Assembly: GCA_050250895.1 (NCBI GenBank)
Contig: JBFWNU010000004.1
Span: 96,001-160,000, forward strand
From: Vulcanimicrobiota bacterium
GTDB taxonomy: Bacteria > Vulcanimicrobiota > Xenobia > Xenobiales > JADMJV01
DNA: 64,000 nt
Direction of reading: 5' to 3'
A program made the translations under genes and the position numbers. The notes below the pieces were generated by a model. That model was not told the DNA's origin and searched no databases. It was given only the letters and a program-made list of their open reading frames with translations. Below are positions 1-10,118 of this stretch, in pieces (position 1 is the stretch's first letter; each line of letters begins with the position of its first letter).

Positions 1-405
1 GTCGTCTGGATTCAGGTAGCCACCGGCACTCCCTTTTCGGTGATGTCGTTCATGGGAGTCATCATGATGACGGGTATCGTCGTCTCCAACGGCATTCTGT
101 TGGTCGAGTTCGCCAAGACTCTGCAAGAACGTGGCCGCCCTCTCGGCGAGGCCATCGTCGAGGCCGGTCAATCTCGCTTGCGGCCGATTCTGATGACTGC
201 GCTATCGACGGTGGTGGGTATGGTTCCCATGGCCACCGGCATGGGTAGCGGCGGCGACACCAACGGCCCGCTCGCGCTGGCCGTGATCGGCGGGCTGACC
301 GTCTCGACCGTGCTCACCCTGCTAGTTCTGCCGCTGTTTTACCGCCTGGCGGCGTCCCGAGTCAGTCCTCGAGTTCCTGGCCCAACCAGTGATAGAACAG
401 AATGA
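1..405 (+). CDS. RND efflux permease (AcrB/AcrD/AcrF family), C-terminal part; 5' truncated by the window
   Basis: Frame is open from base 1. Motifs GIVVSNGILLVEF, RLRPILMTALST and PLALAVIGGL match RND C-terminal TM helices. Confidence 0.9.
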   Translation, partial: VVWIQVATGTPFSVMSFMGVIMMTGIVVSNGILLVEFAKTLQERGRPLGEAIVEAGQSRLRPILMTALSTVVGMVPMATGMGSGGDTNGPLALAVIGGLTVSTVLTLLVLPLFYRLAASRVSPRVPGPTSDRTE

Positions 406-2275
406 GCGGCAGAACGCAGGCCAGAGTGTTGACGATGGCCACCGACGCCGGCGCCGGCGGAATCGGGTAGGAGGGCTGTAACGGCACGTACAGCATCGGC
501 GCGAAGTTGCTGGCCAGCAGCGGCAGCAGGGCTACCAGCAAGAGACTGAGCGCCCGGGCCGCTCGGGGAGACGCAGAGAGGGCCAGCCACACCCCGGCTA
601 GAGCAACCAGACCACACCAGAGTTGCCAACCGGTAAACCCCCAGAACAACATGAAAGAGGGCGACACCCAGGCGATGAAGTCGCGGGAGTGGCCATAGGG
701 CAGGTCGTACTGCTGCTCATAGAGCCAGGCGTTGGCCGCGTTGAGCACCCACACAAAGCCCGCCGCGGCCGCCAGGCCGCGCAGGCGCAGGCGCGAAGGA
801 CGAGCCAGAATCACCCCCACGCCCTCCCAGGCGAACAGCACCGCCGTGACCACCACCAGGCCAGCCTGCAGCGTCATCGTGGCCGAATAGCCCTCGCCGC
901 CAAGCCAGGCGGCCAGCGAGTAGACGGCCATCAGCCCGAACGGCACCGTGCAAGCCAGGGCGCCAAAGGGCGGCAGCTCTCCGCGACCCCGCAACAGGTA
1001 GAAACTCAACATGGCGCAGCCGAGGAAAAGCAGCAGACTCTGCACCGGAGCGAAGCCGCTTTGACCCAGCAGGCGGTAGCCCCGCCCAACGTGCTCGAGC
1101 AAGAGCCGATTGAAATCTTGATACTGAAGGATGAAGATCGGAAAGGCCAGCAGGGCGGTGGGCAGACACAGTCGACCGAGCCGCAGTAGCCGGTCATCCT
1201 GGCGAGAGCCCAAATCGAGAGGGTCGGGGGCTGGCGCGGCGGCCGGCGGTGGGGCCAACTCGAGGGTGACGGCGTGAGCGTAGAGTTGATCGACCATCCA
1301 CTCGCGGTCGGGGTCGGCCAGGGCCTTGCCAAATTGCAGGCGGGTCCGATCGCTAATGGCAAAGACCCCGCCTCCTCCAGGGTGCAGTTCTTCGAGTTCG
1401 TCCCAGGGGATGGTCGTGGTTCGCTCGCCCAGCGGTGATACTGTCGTCAGGGCCAGTCCTGCCATGTCCACCTTCAAGGCCCGCTCCGTCGGGGTGAACA
1501 GCAAGACCAAGAAAAACATCACGGGTAGGATCGAGAACACCACCAGAGCGACCTTGAGGCCGGCTCCGAGCAACGCCACGGCGCCCAGAAAGATCGCTAC
1601 CAACAGCACCTTCCCGAACAGGACCACCAGATCCACCGTCGGCATCTCGAAGGTCAGGACCTGACCCGCGCGCTCAAATCGCAGGCGGGTTCCCTCAGGA
1701 GGATCGCACCGTTGAGACGGGCGAGGCTCAGCTTTGAGACGAGCGATCAGTGGCTCGTCGAGTTGCCCTGGCTCACGAACGACCAGGCGTCCAGTGGAAT
1801 CGTCGTGGAGCGGTAAGCCGGTGAGTCGCGATACCGATTCGGCCGCCCGACGTCCGGCCAGCGGGTCCTGGCTCTCATGCACGGCCAGCATGTTCGCCCC
1901 CTGGAGTTTGGTACAGAAGTGATAGGTCGTTCGCGAACTATTCTTGTTGCCATGGACTCGCCTTTCCAGATGATGGCGGACCGACTCGAAAGCATCAAAG
2001 TTCACCGACTCTTTCAAGAGCGGAAACAGGAAGCCGGCGTAATACTCGGCCTTACCTTGCTCGGGATACAGTATCACCTCGGCGCGATAGCACAGCATTC
2101 CCACGCCGATCAACAGCAGCGGGATCGCCGCTAGGAGGGAAGTCCAGTGTTGATTTGCGCCGGCCAGAAAAAGACCACCAAGGGCGAAAGGAATGATACT
2201 GCCGACACTCAGACCACGGGGAACTTGATCGAAACGGGCTTTGTCCATCCCTGCTTGTTCCATATAGGAAAACAT
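362..2275 (-). CDS. Multi-pass membrane protein of unknown function
   Basis: 637-aa ORF with many hydrophobic segments and host-like codon usage. Exact start uncertain. Confidence 0.7.
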   Translation of the reverse strand: MFSYMEQAGMDKARFDQVPRGLSVGSIIPFALGGLFLAGANQHWTSLLAAIPLLLIGVGMLCYRAEVILYPEQGKAEYYAGFLFPLLKESVNFDAFESVRHHLERRVHGNKNSSRTTYHFCTKLQGANMLAVHESQDPLAGRRAAESVSRLTGLPLHDDSTGRLVVREPGQLDEPLIARLKAEPRPSQRCDPPEGTRLRFERAGQVLTFEMPTVDLVVLFGKVLLVAIFLGAVALLGAGLKVALVVFSILPVMFFLVLLFTPTERALKVDMAGLALTTVSPLGERTTTIPWDELEELHPGGGGVFAISDRTRLQFGKALADPDREWMVDQLYAHAVTLELAPPPAAAPAPDPLDLGSRQDDRLLRLGRLCLPTALLAFPIFILQYQDFNRLLLEHVGRGYRLLGQSGFAPVQSLLLFLGCAMLSFYLLRGRGELPPFGALACTVPFGLMAVYSLAAWLGGEGYSATMTLQAGLVVVTAVLFAWEGVGVILARPSRLRLRGLAAAAGFVWVLNAANAWLYEQQYDLPYGHSRDFIAWVSPSFMLFWGFTGWQLWCGLVALAGVWLALSASPRAARALSLLLVALLPLLASNFAPMLYVPLQPSYPIPPAPASVAIVNTLACVLPLILFYHWLGQELED

Positions 2276-2346
2276 AAACCTGCAAAACCAACAACATCGT
2301 GCGAAAAGGTCAGGAACCGCCCCGAGACCGAAAGGGTTCCACCTGT

Positions 2347-2679
2347 ATGGACATCGCCATCGAAGGATTCGATACCGTCGCCTACTTCACCGAGGGTCAG
2401 GCCCGCCCTGGCTCGCCCGACTTCACTCACGAGTGGAGAGGTCAAGTGTGGCAGTTTGCCACGGCCGAGCATCGTGACCAGTTCGCCGCCGACCCGGGCA
2501 GCTATGCTCCTCAACTCGACGCCCAGTGCGCCATGTCGTGCGCCCTCGGCCGACCCCATCCCGGCAACCCCCGAGTCTGGAAGATCGTCGACGGGAAGCT
2601 CTATTTCAACAACAATCCCGTGGCTGGCTGGCTGTGGAGGAGCATTCCCGGCATGGTCGCTCGTTCGCAGCAATCATAG
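2347..2679 (+). CDS. YHS-domain-type protein
   Basis: AIEGFDTVAYF...WQFATAEHRDQFAADPGSYAPQ...WKIVDGKLYFN family motifs. ATG at 2347. Confidence 0.85.
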   Translation: MDIAIEGFDTVAYFTEGQARPGSPDFTHEWRGQVWQFATAEHRDQFAADPGSYAPQLDAQCAMSCALGRPHPGNPRVWKIVDGKLYFNNNPVAGWLWRSIPGMVARSQQS

Positions 2680-3696
2680 GGCTTTGAGCCGCTGGGCCAG
2701 GGACTTGAGGTGGCGCACCTGTTGTTCGTAAATCTCATCCTCGACCGCCGCCAACCCAGACAGGTCGGTAGCCAGGCGACCACAGGCGCAAAAAGCCTCG
2801 ACCTCGGGCACTCCCAGGGCCTGATGCATGTCGACCCCGACGTGGAGGCCCTCCTTGAACCACTCGATCCAGGCTTTGCGGTCGCCACCGGCATAATGAG
2901 CCAGCAAGTATTGGCAGCGCAACATCTCGCCAGACCTGGCCGTGCGCGGATTGCCGCGATGGTCCTCGAGCTTTAGCTTCGAGCCCAGCTTGGGGTCAGG
3001 GGCGGGCACGAGAAAGCCCGACTCGAGGCCTCGGGGCGGCGCCGTCACCACCAGCAGGGCCCGGACTCCCTCATCAAAGAGAGGATAGGGCTCCACAGCA
3101 CGCCCGTCGATCACCAAACGTAGCGGGGCCTGGCGACAATGCCGAGCGATGATGGCGTGTTCATCGCTCCAGCTCCCCCGCGAAAGCAGGCCCATCCAAC
3201 TCCAGCGCCGTTCGAATTCGAGGCGGAAGAGGCTGGGCTTGCCGGCCTGCGGGTCCGTTTTCAAGCTGCGGGTGACCTGCAGCTTCTGGCCCGAGAACTC
3301 GAGCAATTCCTCCCGCTCGCCGTTCTCTAGACGCCAGCGCAACCGAGGAGGGTCGAGCGCCATCGCCGACTGCAGCGCTCGCGTCAAGTGGCCCGCAGGG
3401 TTGTCGGGGGGGAATGGGTTGCCGAGCTTCTCCAGGATCTCTTGCAGATAGCCGTAGCGGCCGCAGGCTTCGAGGGTGAAGGAGGCCACGGTCCGGCCCC
3501 GCTCGATGGTGATGGACAGCCCTCGCGCGCCGATACCAACGGCCGATTGCAGCAAACGCATCAGATAGGCGGCCGGCTGGCGAAGCTGGTGCTCGCGGAG
3601 CTTTTCGAGGGTGCGAGCCAGATCGATCGTGAACTGACCGGACGACTCTTGACGTCCCTCGGACCTGGCCTGGGCCAGGAACTCCTCGAGCTGCAC
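2674..3696 (-). CDS. Degenerate HtpG/GHKL-like family protein, paralog 1
   Basis: Shares N-terminal EG..SSG.F...L...K and YL..L.Q.AV motifs and C-terminal K(D/E)G...DLS motif with 7084-8775 and 62564-63874. Confidence 0.7.
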   Translation of the reverse strand: MQLEEFLAQARSEGRQESSGQFTIDLARTLEKLREHQLRQPAAYLMRLLQSAVGIGARGLSITIERGRTVASFTLEACGRYGYLQEILEKLGNPFPPDNPAGHLTRALQSAMALDPPRLRWRLENGEREELLEFSGQKLQVTRSLKTDPQAGKPSLFRLEFERRWSWMGLLSRGSWSDEHAIIARHCRQAPLRLVIDGRAVEPYPLFDEGVRALLVVTAPPRGLESGFLVPAPDPKLGSKLKLEDHRGNPRTARSGEMLRCQYLLAHYAGGDRKAWIEWFKEGLHVGVDMHQALGVPEVEAFCACGRLATDLSGLAAVEDEIYEQQVRHLKSLAQRLKAL

Positions 3697-4148
3697 TAAA
3701 GCTCGGCCAGCAGGCGATCGTGCAGGTGCTTTACCAGGTCAAGACTCGAGATGATGCCGACCACTTTGCGATGACCACTGGTTACGATGACGCGATGCAG
3801 TTGGTGCAAGGTCATCAGACTGGCCACGCTATGGAGCGGCGTCATCTCGCCGACATGAAAAGTGGTCGCGCTCATGATGTCGCTGACCGGCGAGTCTTCA
3901 TTGATCCCTCGCAGCGGCTGCGTCAAACGAGCGAAGTCGAGAAAGAATCCCTCGCGTTGATAGCTGTGCTCCCCCTCGGCCCCGAGCAGGTCGGTGACCG
4001 AGATGACCCCCACCAACTCGCCGTCTTCGTCGACCACGGGCGCACCGGAAATGCCTTTTTCGAGAAACAGCTCGCGCACTTTGGAGAGGCACTGATGAGG
4101 ACGAACCGTCAGCACCTCGCGCGACATCACATCCTGAGCTAAAATCAT
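3696..4148 (-). CDS. CBS domain pair protein
   Basis: DVMSREVLTV...ISGAPVVDEDGELVGVISVTDL and DIMS...HRVIV...VGIISSLDL. Confidence 0.92.
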   Translation of the reverse strand: MILAQDVMSREVLTVRPHQCLSKVRELFLEKGISGAPVVDEDGELVGVISVTDLLGAEGEHSYQREGFFLDFARLTQPLRGINEDSPVSDIMSATTFHVGEMTPLHSVASLMTLHQLHRVIVTSGHRKVVGIISSLDLVKHLHDRLLAEL

Positions 4149-4185
4149 GGCCGCCTCTTCTCTAACGCGGCCGCCCCGGCCTTCT

Positions 4186-4644
4186 CTAGTCCGTGAGGTA
4201 AAGTGTCAAAGACTCGATATGGCCATTGAGGCTATAGGACGACAGCCTGCAGCCGCGGCCTTGCCATTCACACTTGCGATGGCCTTCAGCGGTGAAAATG
4301 GAAGGCGACCCGCCCCAGCCCTCCAGCACTTCATCGGGTTGCCCGACCTCCAATCGGCGATCGGGGAGGGTCAGCACCCGGCCGGTAATGGAAGTGGCTC
4401 GAAGGCCCCACTTGCCCAACCCGACCTCCGTGCCAGAATGCCAGCGAGAGAAGAACTTGTCATAGTCTTCGCTCTCTATATCGGGCTTGAGCTGGCGAAG
4501 CTCGACCTGGTTGGTGCCCAGAGCGATACCATCGATTCTAGCCGTGGCCACATCCAGCACCGGCGGCGACGAAGGACGCAGCGCCATGGCCACCAGAGCG
4601 ATGAGAGACACCAAAACCAACCCCTCTAGAAGACGTCTCTTCAT
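4186..4644 (-). CDS. Exported or membrane-anchored hypothetical protein
   Basis: Start MKRRLLEGLVLVSLIALVAMA is signal-anchor-like. AAATCT-N6-ATG upstream. Confidence 0.6.
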   Translation of the reverse strand: MKRRLLEGLVLVSLIALVAMALRPSSPPVLDVATARIDGIALGTNQVELRQLKPDIESEDYDKFFSRWHSGTEVGLGKWGLRATSITGRVLTLPDRRLEVGQPDEVLEGWGGSPSIFTAEGHRKCEWQGRGCRLSSYSLNGHIESLTLYLTD

Positions 4645-4702
4645 GCTGGAAGATTTGACCGTGGCGCAGGACCCTCCCCCCGCCGCCCGAGAAACATCAG
4701 GC

Positions 4703-4951
4703 ATGGATATCGAAATTCGTCATTGCGTGCGTTGAGGCTACGGTGACAGAGCGGCGAGTCTCGCCGCGACCATCGAGCGCGAATTGGGCGAAAAGCCCAA
4801 ACTGGTGCCGGGTAAAGTCGGGCAGTTCGAGGTCTTCGTCGACGGACAACTGGTGGTCGAGAAAGATCAGGTCGGGCTGTGGGCCAAGCTGCTGGGCAAC
4901 AAAGGGATCCCCAGCGACGAGAAGGTCCTCCAGTTGCTCAAGAAGCCCTGA
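4703..4951 (+). CDS. SelW/SelT/SelH (Rdx) family selenoprotein, Sec encoded by TGA at 4733-4735
   Basis: Reading through TGA gives MDIEIRHCVR-U-GYGDRAASLAATIERELG...GKVGQFEVFVDGQLV...GIPSDEKVL (82 aa). It has the CxxU motif and Rdx GxFEV signature, with a hairpin just downstream of the TGA. Confidence 0.9.
4751..4767 (+). promoter_or_regulatory. Candidate bacterial SECIS hairpin
   Basis: GCGGCGA-GTC-TCGCCGC is a perfect 7-bp stem. The apical loop starts with GU, 23 nt after the in-frame UGA. Confidence 0.75.
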
Positions 4952-4952
4952 T

Positions 4953-4984
4953 TTAAGGGTTCCTTAAGAACGGCCTAATAGACT
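4953..4984 (+). promoter_or_regulatory. Direct-repeat (11-bp period) box plus -10 hexamer
   Basis: TTAAG-N6-TTAAG-N10-TAGACT. Same spacing recurs at 55519-55550, 56819-56850 and 58136-58167. Confidence 0.7.
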
Positions 4985-5104
4985 CGCTGCAGGACTGGGA
5001 AGCTGTCGAGAGTTCCACGCATTTTCGCTTCGACAGCGGGCGCAGGGCGTCCCGGTTGAAGAATTGCGTCCATGCGTCTTCAGCCGAAAACGAAAGGCGT
5101 GGAG

Positions 5105-6079
5105 ATGAAAGTCCAACCCCTCACCAACCAGCAAGCCATCGACAGGCTGCAAGCAGAAGAAATGCGTCTGTTGCGCGACAACCATCCGTCCGACGCGGCG
5201 CAAATGGTCGAGAATCGCGAGATTCTAGCCAAAGGGCGAGGAGACGACCTGTGGGACGTGTTTCGCAACGCCCACGAAGCCGAAGCAAAGTGGGACAAGG
5301 TCAAACAGGCCATCACTCCCGAGGACAGCAGCGAAGTCGGATTCTATGGCGCCTTCGCGGGCTTCGTGGCCGCAGGAGCGGTGGGTAGCGCGGTGGGTAA
5401 CTACTTGCACACGGGCAATCTGGGGCAGTCGCTGCTGCTGAGTTTGATCCCGGTGGCCACAGGCCTGCTTGGAGCTTTGATAGCTTTTGTTCCCTACGAA
5501 GACGAGGATATCGACCTTAGTCGTCCCATCGGCGGCGTCATCGCGGCCACCTCCATCGCAGCCATGGCCTCTCATCACTGGCTTCCCCCGGTCGCGGCCG
5601 GGCTGGCCACGATCGGCGCCAGCGTGGCCATTCCTCTGGTGGCCGCCCATAAGTCCGAGCAAAACAGGCGCATTCAGGAGGTCATCGAGACCAACAAGAA
5701 GCTTCTGGAGACCCCCCTGAGTCCCTCCGCCAAACTTGGTTCGGCCATCAGCAAGCGCGATGTGCTAGGCACCCTCTCGAGGCTCGAAGCCAAGGCGGTG
5801 GAGGAATCGAACTACACCGGCGCGGTGACGATCCACGAAGACCTGGAGCGGTTGGGCGACCTCAAGGGCGACACCTTCCACGATATGTTCGTGGCCAGTC
5901 GCGGCCACGAGAAAAGCAAGAACACTCTGATTCGGTATGCCGACAAGATTCTCGAGGACGCCCGTCAGCGCGACGAGATCGACGCGCTGCTCAAAGGCAA
6001 TCCCTCGGCCACCCAATTGCTGGTGGAGGAAGAAGCGATCGAAGTGGGCGACCAGCGCCTGCCGGTCGTGACCCAGTAG
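5105..6079 (+). CDS. Orphan membrane protein, tandem paralog A, with C-terminal IEVGDQRLPV motif
   Basis: ATG at 5105. Central hydrophobic segments. Clear similarity to the next ORF (MKVQ.L..Q.A..RLQAEE.RLL.DN.P.DAA). Confidence 0.8.
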   Translation: MKVQPLTNQQAIDRLQAEEMRLLRDNHPSDAAQMVENREILAKGRGDDLWDVFRNAHEAEAKWDKVKQAITPEDSSEVGFYGAFAGFVAAGAVGSAVGNYLHTGNLGQSLLLSLIPVATGLLGALIAFVPYEDEDIDLSRPIGGVIAATSIAAMASHHWLPPVAAGLATIGASVAIPLVAAHKSEQNRRIQEVIETNKKLLETPLSPSAKLGSAISKRDVLGTLSRLEAKAVEESNYTGAVTIHEDLERLGDLKGDTFHDMFVASRGHEKSKNTLIRYADKILEDARQRDEIDALLKGNPSATQLLVEEEAIEVGDQRLPVVTQ

Positions 6080-6087
6080 GAGGAAGT

Positions 6088-7071
6088 ATGAAAGTCCAAT
6101 CACTCAACCGCCAGGAGGCGGTCCATCGGCTGCAGGCCGAGGAGGTTCGCCTGCTGGGCGACAACCGCCCTAATGATGCCGCCGAAGTCCTCAAAGCTCG
6201 CAAACTCATCAGCGACGCCCCGGGAGACACCCTGTGGGACGCCTATAGTCAGGCCGGCGACAAGGCCGAGAAGTCTCAGCGACTAAGCGATACCCTGGTC
6301 CCGAGATTCGACTATTACGGCGAGGCCAAGCTGGACTTGCGCCCCCCTCTGGCCCTGCTCGGGGTCGGCATGGCCGGCACCGCCCTGGCCAACTATGTGC
6401 GCACTGGTGACCTGGGGACTTCACTACTGGTCGGCTTGATACCGGCCGGAGTGGGGGTCTTGGCCGGACTGGTCAATCTCTTCACGACCGAAGAGGGTGG
6501 ACGGGACACCTCGCGGGTGTCGACCGCCACCATCGCGACCACATCGATTGCGGCCGCGGCCACCGGCAACTGGGTGGCTCCCGTCATTGCGGGTACGGTG
6601 ACTATGGGGGCCCTGGTGGCCGCAACCCGGGTCAGTGGACAAGCCGCCCAGAAGCAAATGGCCATTCAGGCCGCCATCACCAACAACCGCGAGCTCTTCA
6701 AGACCCCGCTCAACCCATCCCAGGTGCTGGGCACCAAGATTAGCAAACAGGAGGTCGTGCAGACCCTCTCGCGGCTCGAGAGTCAGGCCATCACCGAAAA
6801 CCAGTTTGAAGACGCCATGAAAATCCGCAAAGACCTGGCCACAGTGGCCACCCTCGGCGGCCAGAACTTCCACGAGATGTTCGTCGAGTGCCAGGCCCAC
6901 GGGGGTGACCGGGCCAAACTGCTCAACAACTATGCCGAGGCGATTCTTGACGATGCCCGCAAGCGGACCGAGATCGAGGACCTGGTGAAGGGAAATCCCA
7001 AGCCCGGCGAACTGCTGGTGGGAGATGAACTGGTGGACGTGGTGGATCAACAGGTGCCCGTCTATCGCTAG
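6088..7071 (+). CDS. Orphan membrane protein, tandem paralog B
   Basis: AGGAGG RBS. Full-length similarity to 5105-6079. Ends ELLVGDELVDVVDQQVPVYR. Confidence 0.82.
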   Translation: MKVQSLNRQEAVHRLQAEEVRLLGDNRPNDAAEVLKARKLISDAPGDTLWDAYSQAGDKAEKSQRLSDTLVPRFDYYGEAKLDLRPPLALLGVGMAGTALANYVRTGDLGTSLLVGLIPAGVGVLAGLVNLFTTEEGGRDTSRVSTATIATTSIAAAATGNWVAPVIAGTVTMGALVAATRVSGQAAQKQMAIQAAITNNRELFKTPLNPSQVLGTKISKQEVVQTLSRLESQAITENQFEDAMKIRKDLATVATLGGQNFHEMFVECQAHGGDRAKLLNNYAEAILDDARKRTEIEDLVKGNPKPGELLVGDELVDVVDQQVPVYR

Positions 7072-7083
7072 ACGGGAGTCTGC

Positions 7084-8775
7084 TTGGAGCTAGCCGACTA
7101 TCTACGCGAACTCAAAGCGGCCGGGCGCCCCGAGGACTCAGGCTTCTTTACCCTTTCGCTCGAGTCCCTGCTGGAAAAGGTGGCCCGCTTCGGCGGGGCC
7201 GAGGTCGGATCGCACTTGCTCCACGCCGTCCAGGCGGCCGTGGCTCTGGAGGCTTTGATGGTCGACATCAAGGTTGGCCGGGCCCACACCGAGGTGTGTT
7301 TCGAGCCTGGCCAGACCCCCAGATTCGACCCCCACGATTTGCTCAGCGAGCCGTCGGATCCGCAACCTGGACAGGAACAACTCAAAGACACCTGGATGCG
7401 GGCCATGGCCGAGCAGCCCGCCAGCCTCGAGTTAGAGTGGCGCAGCCCGCACCAGTGGTGGACCTGGTCGCTCGTCTCGGGGGTGGTGCCGCGGACCCCC
7501 AGGCCCGATCAGCCGCCTCGCTTTCGCCTGTCTGCCGCGGCTGGCGGCAGTGCTTGGAATATTTTTCGCCATCTGCGCCAGCGCAGCCAAACGCTGGCCC
7601 GGCTCGAATCACGCTGCGCCTTTTGCCCCATCGTGGTCAAGGTCGACCGGCGAGCCATCAACCAGCCCTTCCCCGAGCGCGTCCCGGGGTGGCTCGAGTC
7701 AGCCCGGTCGTGGCGAGCTCCGGCCTTTCGCGAGCATCGGTGGGCCGTCGAGGAACTCGAACTCGCGCCCGAGCAAGGCTTCGCCCTGGCCAGCTATCGC
7801 GAGCGACCACCCCTGCGAGTCGAGCACCAGGGGACGATCTACCCACGCCAGGTCTATCCCGAACCGGGAACCTTCGACCACCCCGGTCCTACGGCAGTAT
7901 CGCGGCTCGTGGCCGGGTCGACCTCGGCGCGTGAAGGTGAGCTTTGGCTCGGTGAAACCCAGGGTCGACCGACCACCCTGACCGGTCTGGCGCACTTCGA
8001 GGGCCGCTATCTGACCTCGGAATTCCCACCGTTGCGGGTCCGTCGCTGGCTGGCACTACCCAATCGAATGACTGACGAAGGATACCTCCTCTATGTTAAA
8101 GACGGAATCCTACTCGACCCGGTCAAGGTGCCCCAGAACTCCAGCCGGGCCATCGTGTGGACATCCGGGCACCGGGTGGATCTCAGCCGCCTGGCGGCGG
8201 TGCGCGATCATAAGGTGGAAGCGGACACGGTCTGGATGCGCCAGTGCGAAAAGAGACTTCAACTCGAGCTGCCCCGGCTCTTGCCGCGATGGGCCAATAA
8301 TGGAGGTTATCAGCCCGACCTGCGGCGCGTTTGGAACCGCAAAGGTGGCCTGGAATTCTCCCCGGTGCGCCTTATCCTGGGTCGGGCCTCGGAAGTCTTC
8401 GAGTTGCCCGAGCGCTTCGACGAGCCCGTTCATCTCCAAGCATGCTTCGAGCAAGAGACTCTGGAGTTGGTCTGCGGCGAGCAGAACGCCCAAGCGCGGA
8501 TCCCGGTCGCTCGTATGAGCGAGTTCACCGGAGTTCGGGTCGATTTCTGCCGCTACCTGCACGAGCGAGACTGGCCGGCCGAAGATGAAGAGGCGATACA
8601 AATCCGCGTGCTTTTGACCAGGGGCTCGGATCGTCTCGAGCACTCGCTGGGTGGCTATGAAAAATTCGTCAAGTCCTACCACTTCGAGAGCAAGCTCGAA
8701 GCCTGGGCTACCCGCCTGGCCGAGTGCGCCAAAGTTCAGGTAAGCTTTCGCCGCCCGACCAGCAAGGACTGGTAG
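7084..8775 (+). CDS. Degenerate HtpG/GHKL-like family protein, paralog 2
   Basis: GRPEDSGFFTL...LLHAVQAAVA, RCAFCP..VKVD and YVKDG...DLSRLA. GGGAG RBS with TTG start. Confidence 0.72.
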   Translation: MELADYLRELKAAGRPEDSGFFTLSLESLLEKVARFGGAEVGSHLLHAVQAAVALEALMVDIKVGRAHTEVCFEPGQTPRFDPHDLLSEPSDPQPGQEQLKDTWMRAMAEQPASLELEWRSPHQWWTWSLVSGVVPRTPRPDQPPRFRLSAAAGGSAWNIFRHLRQRSQTLARLESRCAFCPIVVKVDRRAINQPFPERVPGWLESARSWRAPAFREHRWAVEELELAPEQGFALASYRERPPLRVEHQGTIYPRQVYPEPGTFDHPGPTAVSRLVAGSTSAREGELWLGETQGRPTTLTGLAHFEGRYLTSEFPPLRVRRWLALPNRMTDEGYLLYVKDGILLDPVKVPQNSSRAIVWTSGHRVDLSRLAAVRDHKVEADTVWMRQCEKRLQLELPRLLPRWANNGGYQPDLRRVWNRKGGLEFSPVRLILGRASEVFELPERFDEPVHLQACFEQETLELVCGEQNAQARIPVARMSEFTGVRVDFCRYLHERDWPAEDEEAIQIRVLLTRGSDRLEHSLGGYEKFVKSYHFESKLEAWATRLAECAKVQVSFRRPTSKDW

Positions 8776-8866
8776 CATCCTATCCTCTGGGGTGGGTGGG
8801 CCAGAACCCCGACGGTGATTCGCCTGGCCTTTGACCTTGCTAGTCTGAAGGTGATAGGAGTGAATT

Positions 8867-9433
8867 ATGCTACCCACTGTTAGAGAAGCTACTGAACATC
8901 AATTGACCGACCTGGCCGGCGCCAATCGTCATATCCTGGGTGTGGTCGAAAGCCAGCAGAACCTGGAAGAACTGCGGCTCAATCCCGCCGCCCTGGCTCT
9001 ACTCGGTGAGATCGAAGCAACCCTGCAGGGCCACGATGTGCGTCTGAGAACCGTGGCCGCCCTCAAAGATCGCGATTTCGAAAGCGGCATCAAGCGGGCT
9101 CTCTCGGCTCTCTCAGGAGCGGTAGTGGGAAGCTACAACCACCTGCGCCGCCAGGCTGTCAGTCGGGCGCTACGCGACACCTACGCCGGACTGGCCTTTA
9201 TGAGCGCCGGCTACGTCAACCTCAAGACCTATGGCCTGACCCTGGGGGACCTCGAGATCTCGAAAATGGCCTACGACCATTTCGTCGACTTGACCAAGCT
9301 CCTGGTGCGGCTGAGCCAGGAGATGGTGGTTCAGACCCATCGCGAGATCGTGGCCACCCGCAATACTCCGTTCCAGCAAGAGATCGTCGACCGGGTCATC
9401 GCCGCCACCCAACGAGCCTGGCGCGACGCCTAA
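8867..9433 (+). CDS. Ferritin-like (DUF892-like) helical protein
   Basis: AGGAG RBS. All-helical pattern with SRALRDTY...GY..L..GL.LGD. Confidence 0.6.
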   Translation: MLPTVREATEHQLTDLAGANRHILGVVESQQNLEELRLNPAALALLGEIEATLQGHDVRLRTVAALKDRDFESGIKRALSALSGAVVGSYNHLRRQAVSRALRDTYAGLAFMSAGYVNLKTYGLTLGDLEISKMAYDHFVDLTKLLVRLSQEMVVQTHREIVATRNTPFQQEIVDRVIAATQRAWRDA

Positions 9434-9606
9434 TAGGTAATGGGGGCGCTCAGACGCTCCCACTCACGCTCGCTGAGCACCAGCAATTCATCGAGATGCC
9501 GGCGCAGCAACTGGCTCACCAGGCGACGGTCGCGGGCCACCACCACGGTGCGCCCGCCGGAGGTCGCGGCCTCGATCCGGGCTGCCCCGAGCTTGGAGGC
9601 GGCCCT
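9430..9606 (-). pseudogene. 3' half of host gene split by the island
   Basis: RAASKLGAARIEAATSGGRTVVVARDRR...ITY* joins in frame to 22109-22420 through a shared AGG codon. Confidence 0.65.
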
Positions 9607-10118
9607 TCGAGAGGGTCCGGAATCACGTGCGCGTAGACATCGGACGTCAGTGTGATGCTCGAGTGTCCCAACATTACCGACACTCGCTAGGCACGATAAT
9701 GCCACCCGACACCAACTCTGCGATTCTGGACCAGTTAGGATATGCCGAGAACCCCTCTTTGTCAGCCTCGGTATAGTAGTCGACATCAACTCGGATGGCT
9801 TCAGGAAAGGCCGGGGTCATCGTCTGAACAGCTCGCCATTGCTTCGATTCTGTAGCCAGTCTCTTCTTCGCGGGGCAAAGCTATCCCCTCCGGTCCGGGC
9901 GAGCAGGTAACGCCGAACCTGCCTGGGCGACCGAGATCAAGTGAAGAGTCGAGGCGACGACGTACCCACCACCAGGGAACGTGATGCCGCGCCGCCGTCG
10001 CAGGCCTTCCCAGCGTAGGGGACTCATCAACCCGACCCCTAGCGGGGCTCGTCGTCGCTCCTCCCCGAGATTGACTTCATCCCCTGTGCCGGCTTCGTCC
10101 CGCTTCCGCCTTCGCTTT

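Noticed and set aside
2347-2679. YHS protein as a second selenoprotein
   Set aside because: No in-frame TGA; Cys codons are present.
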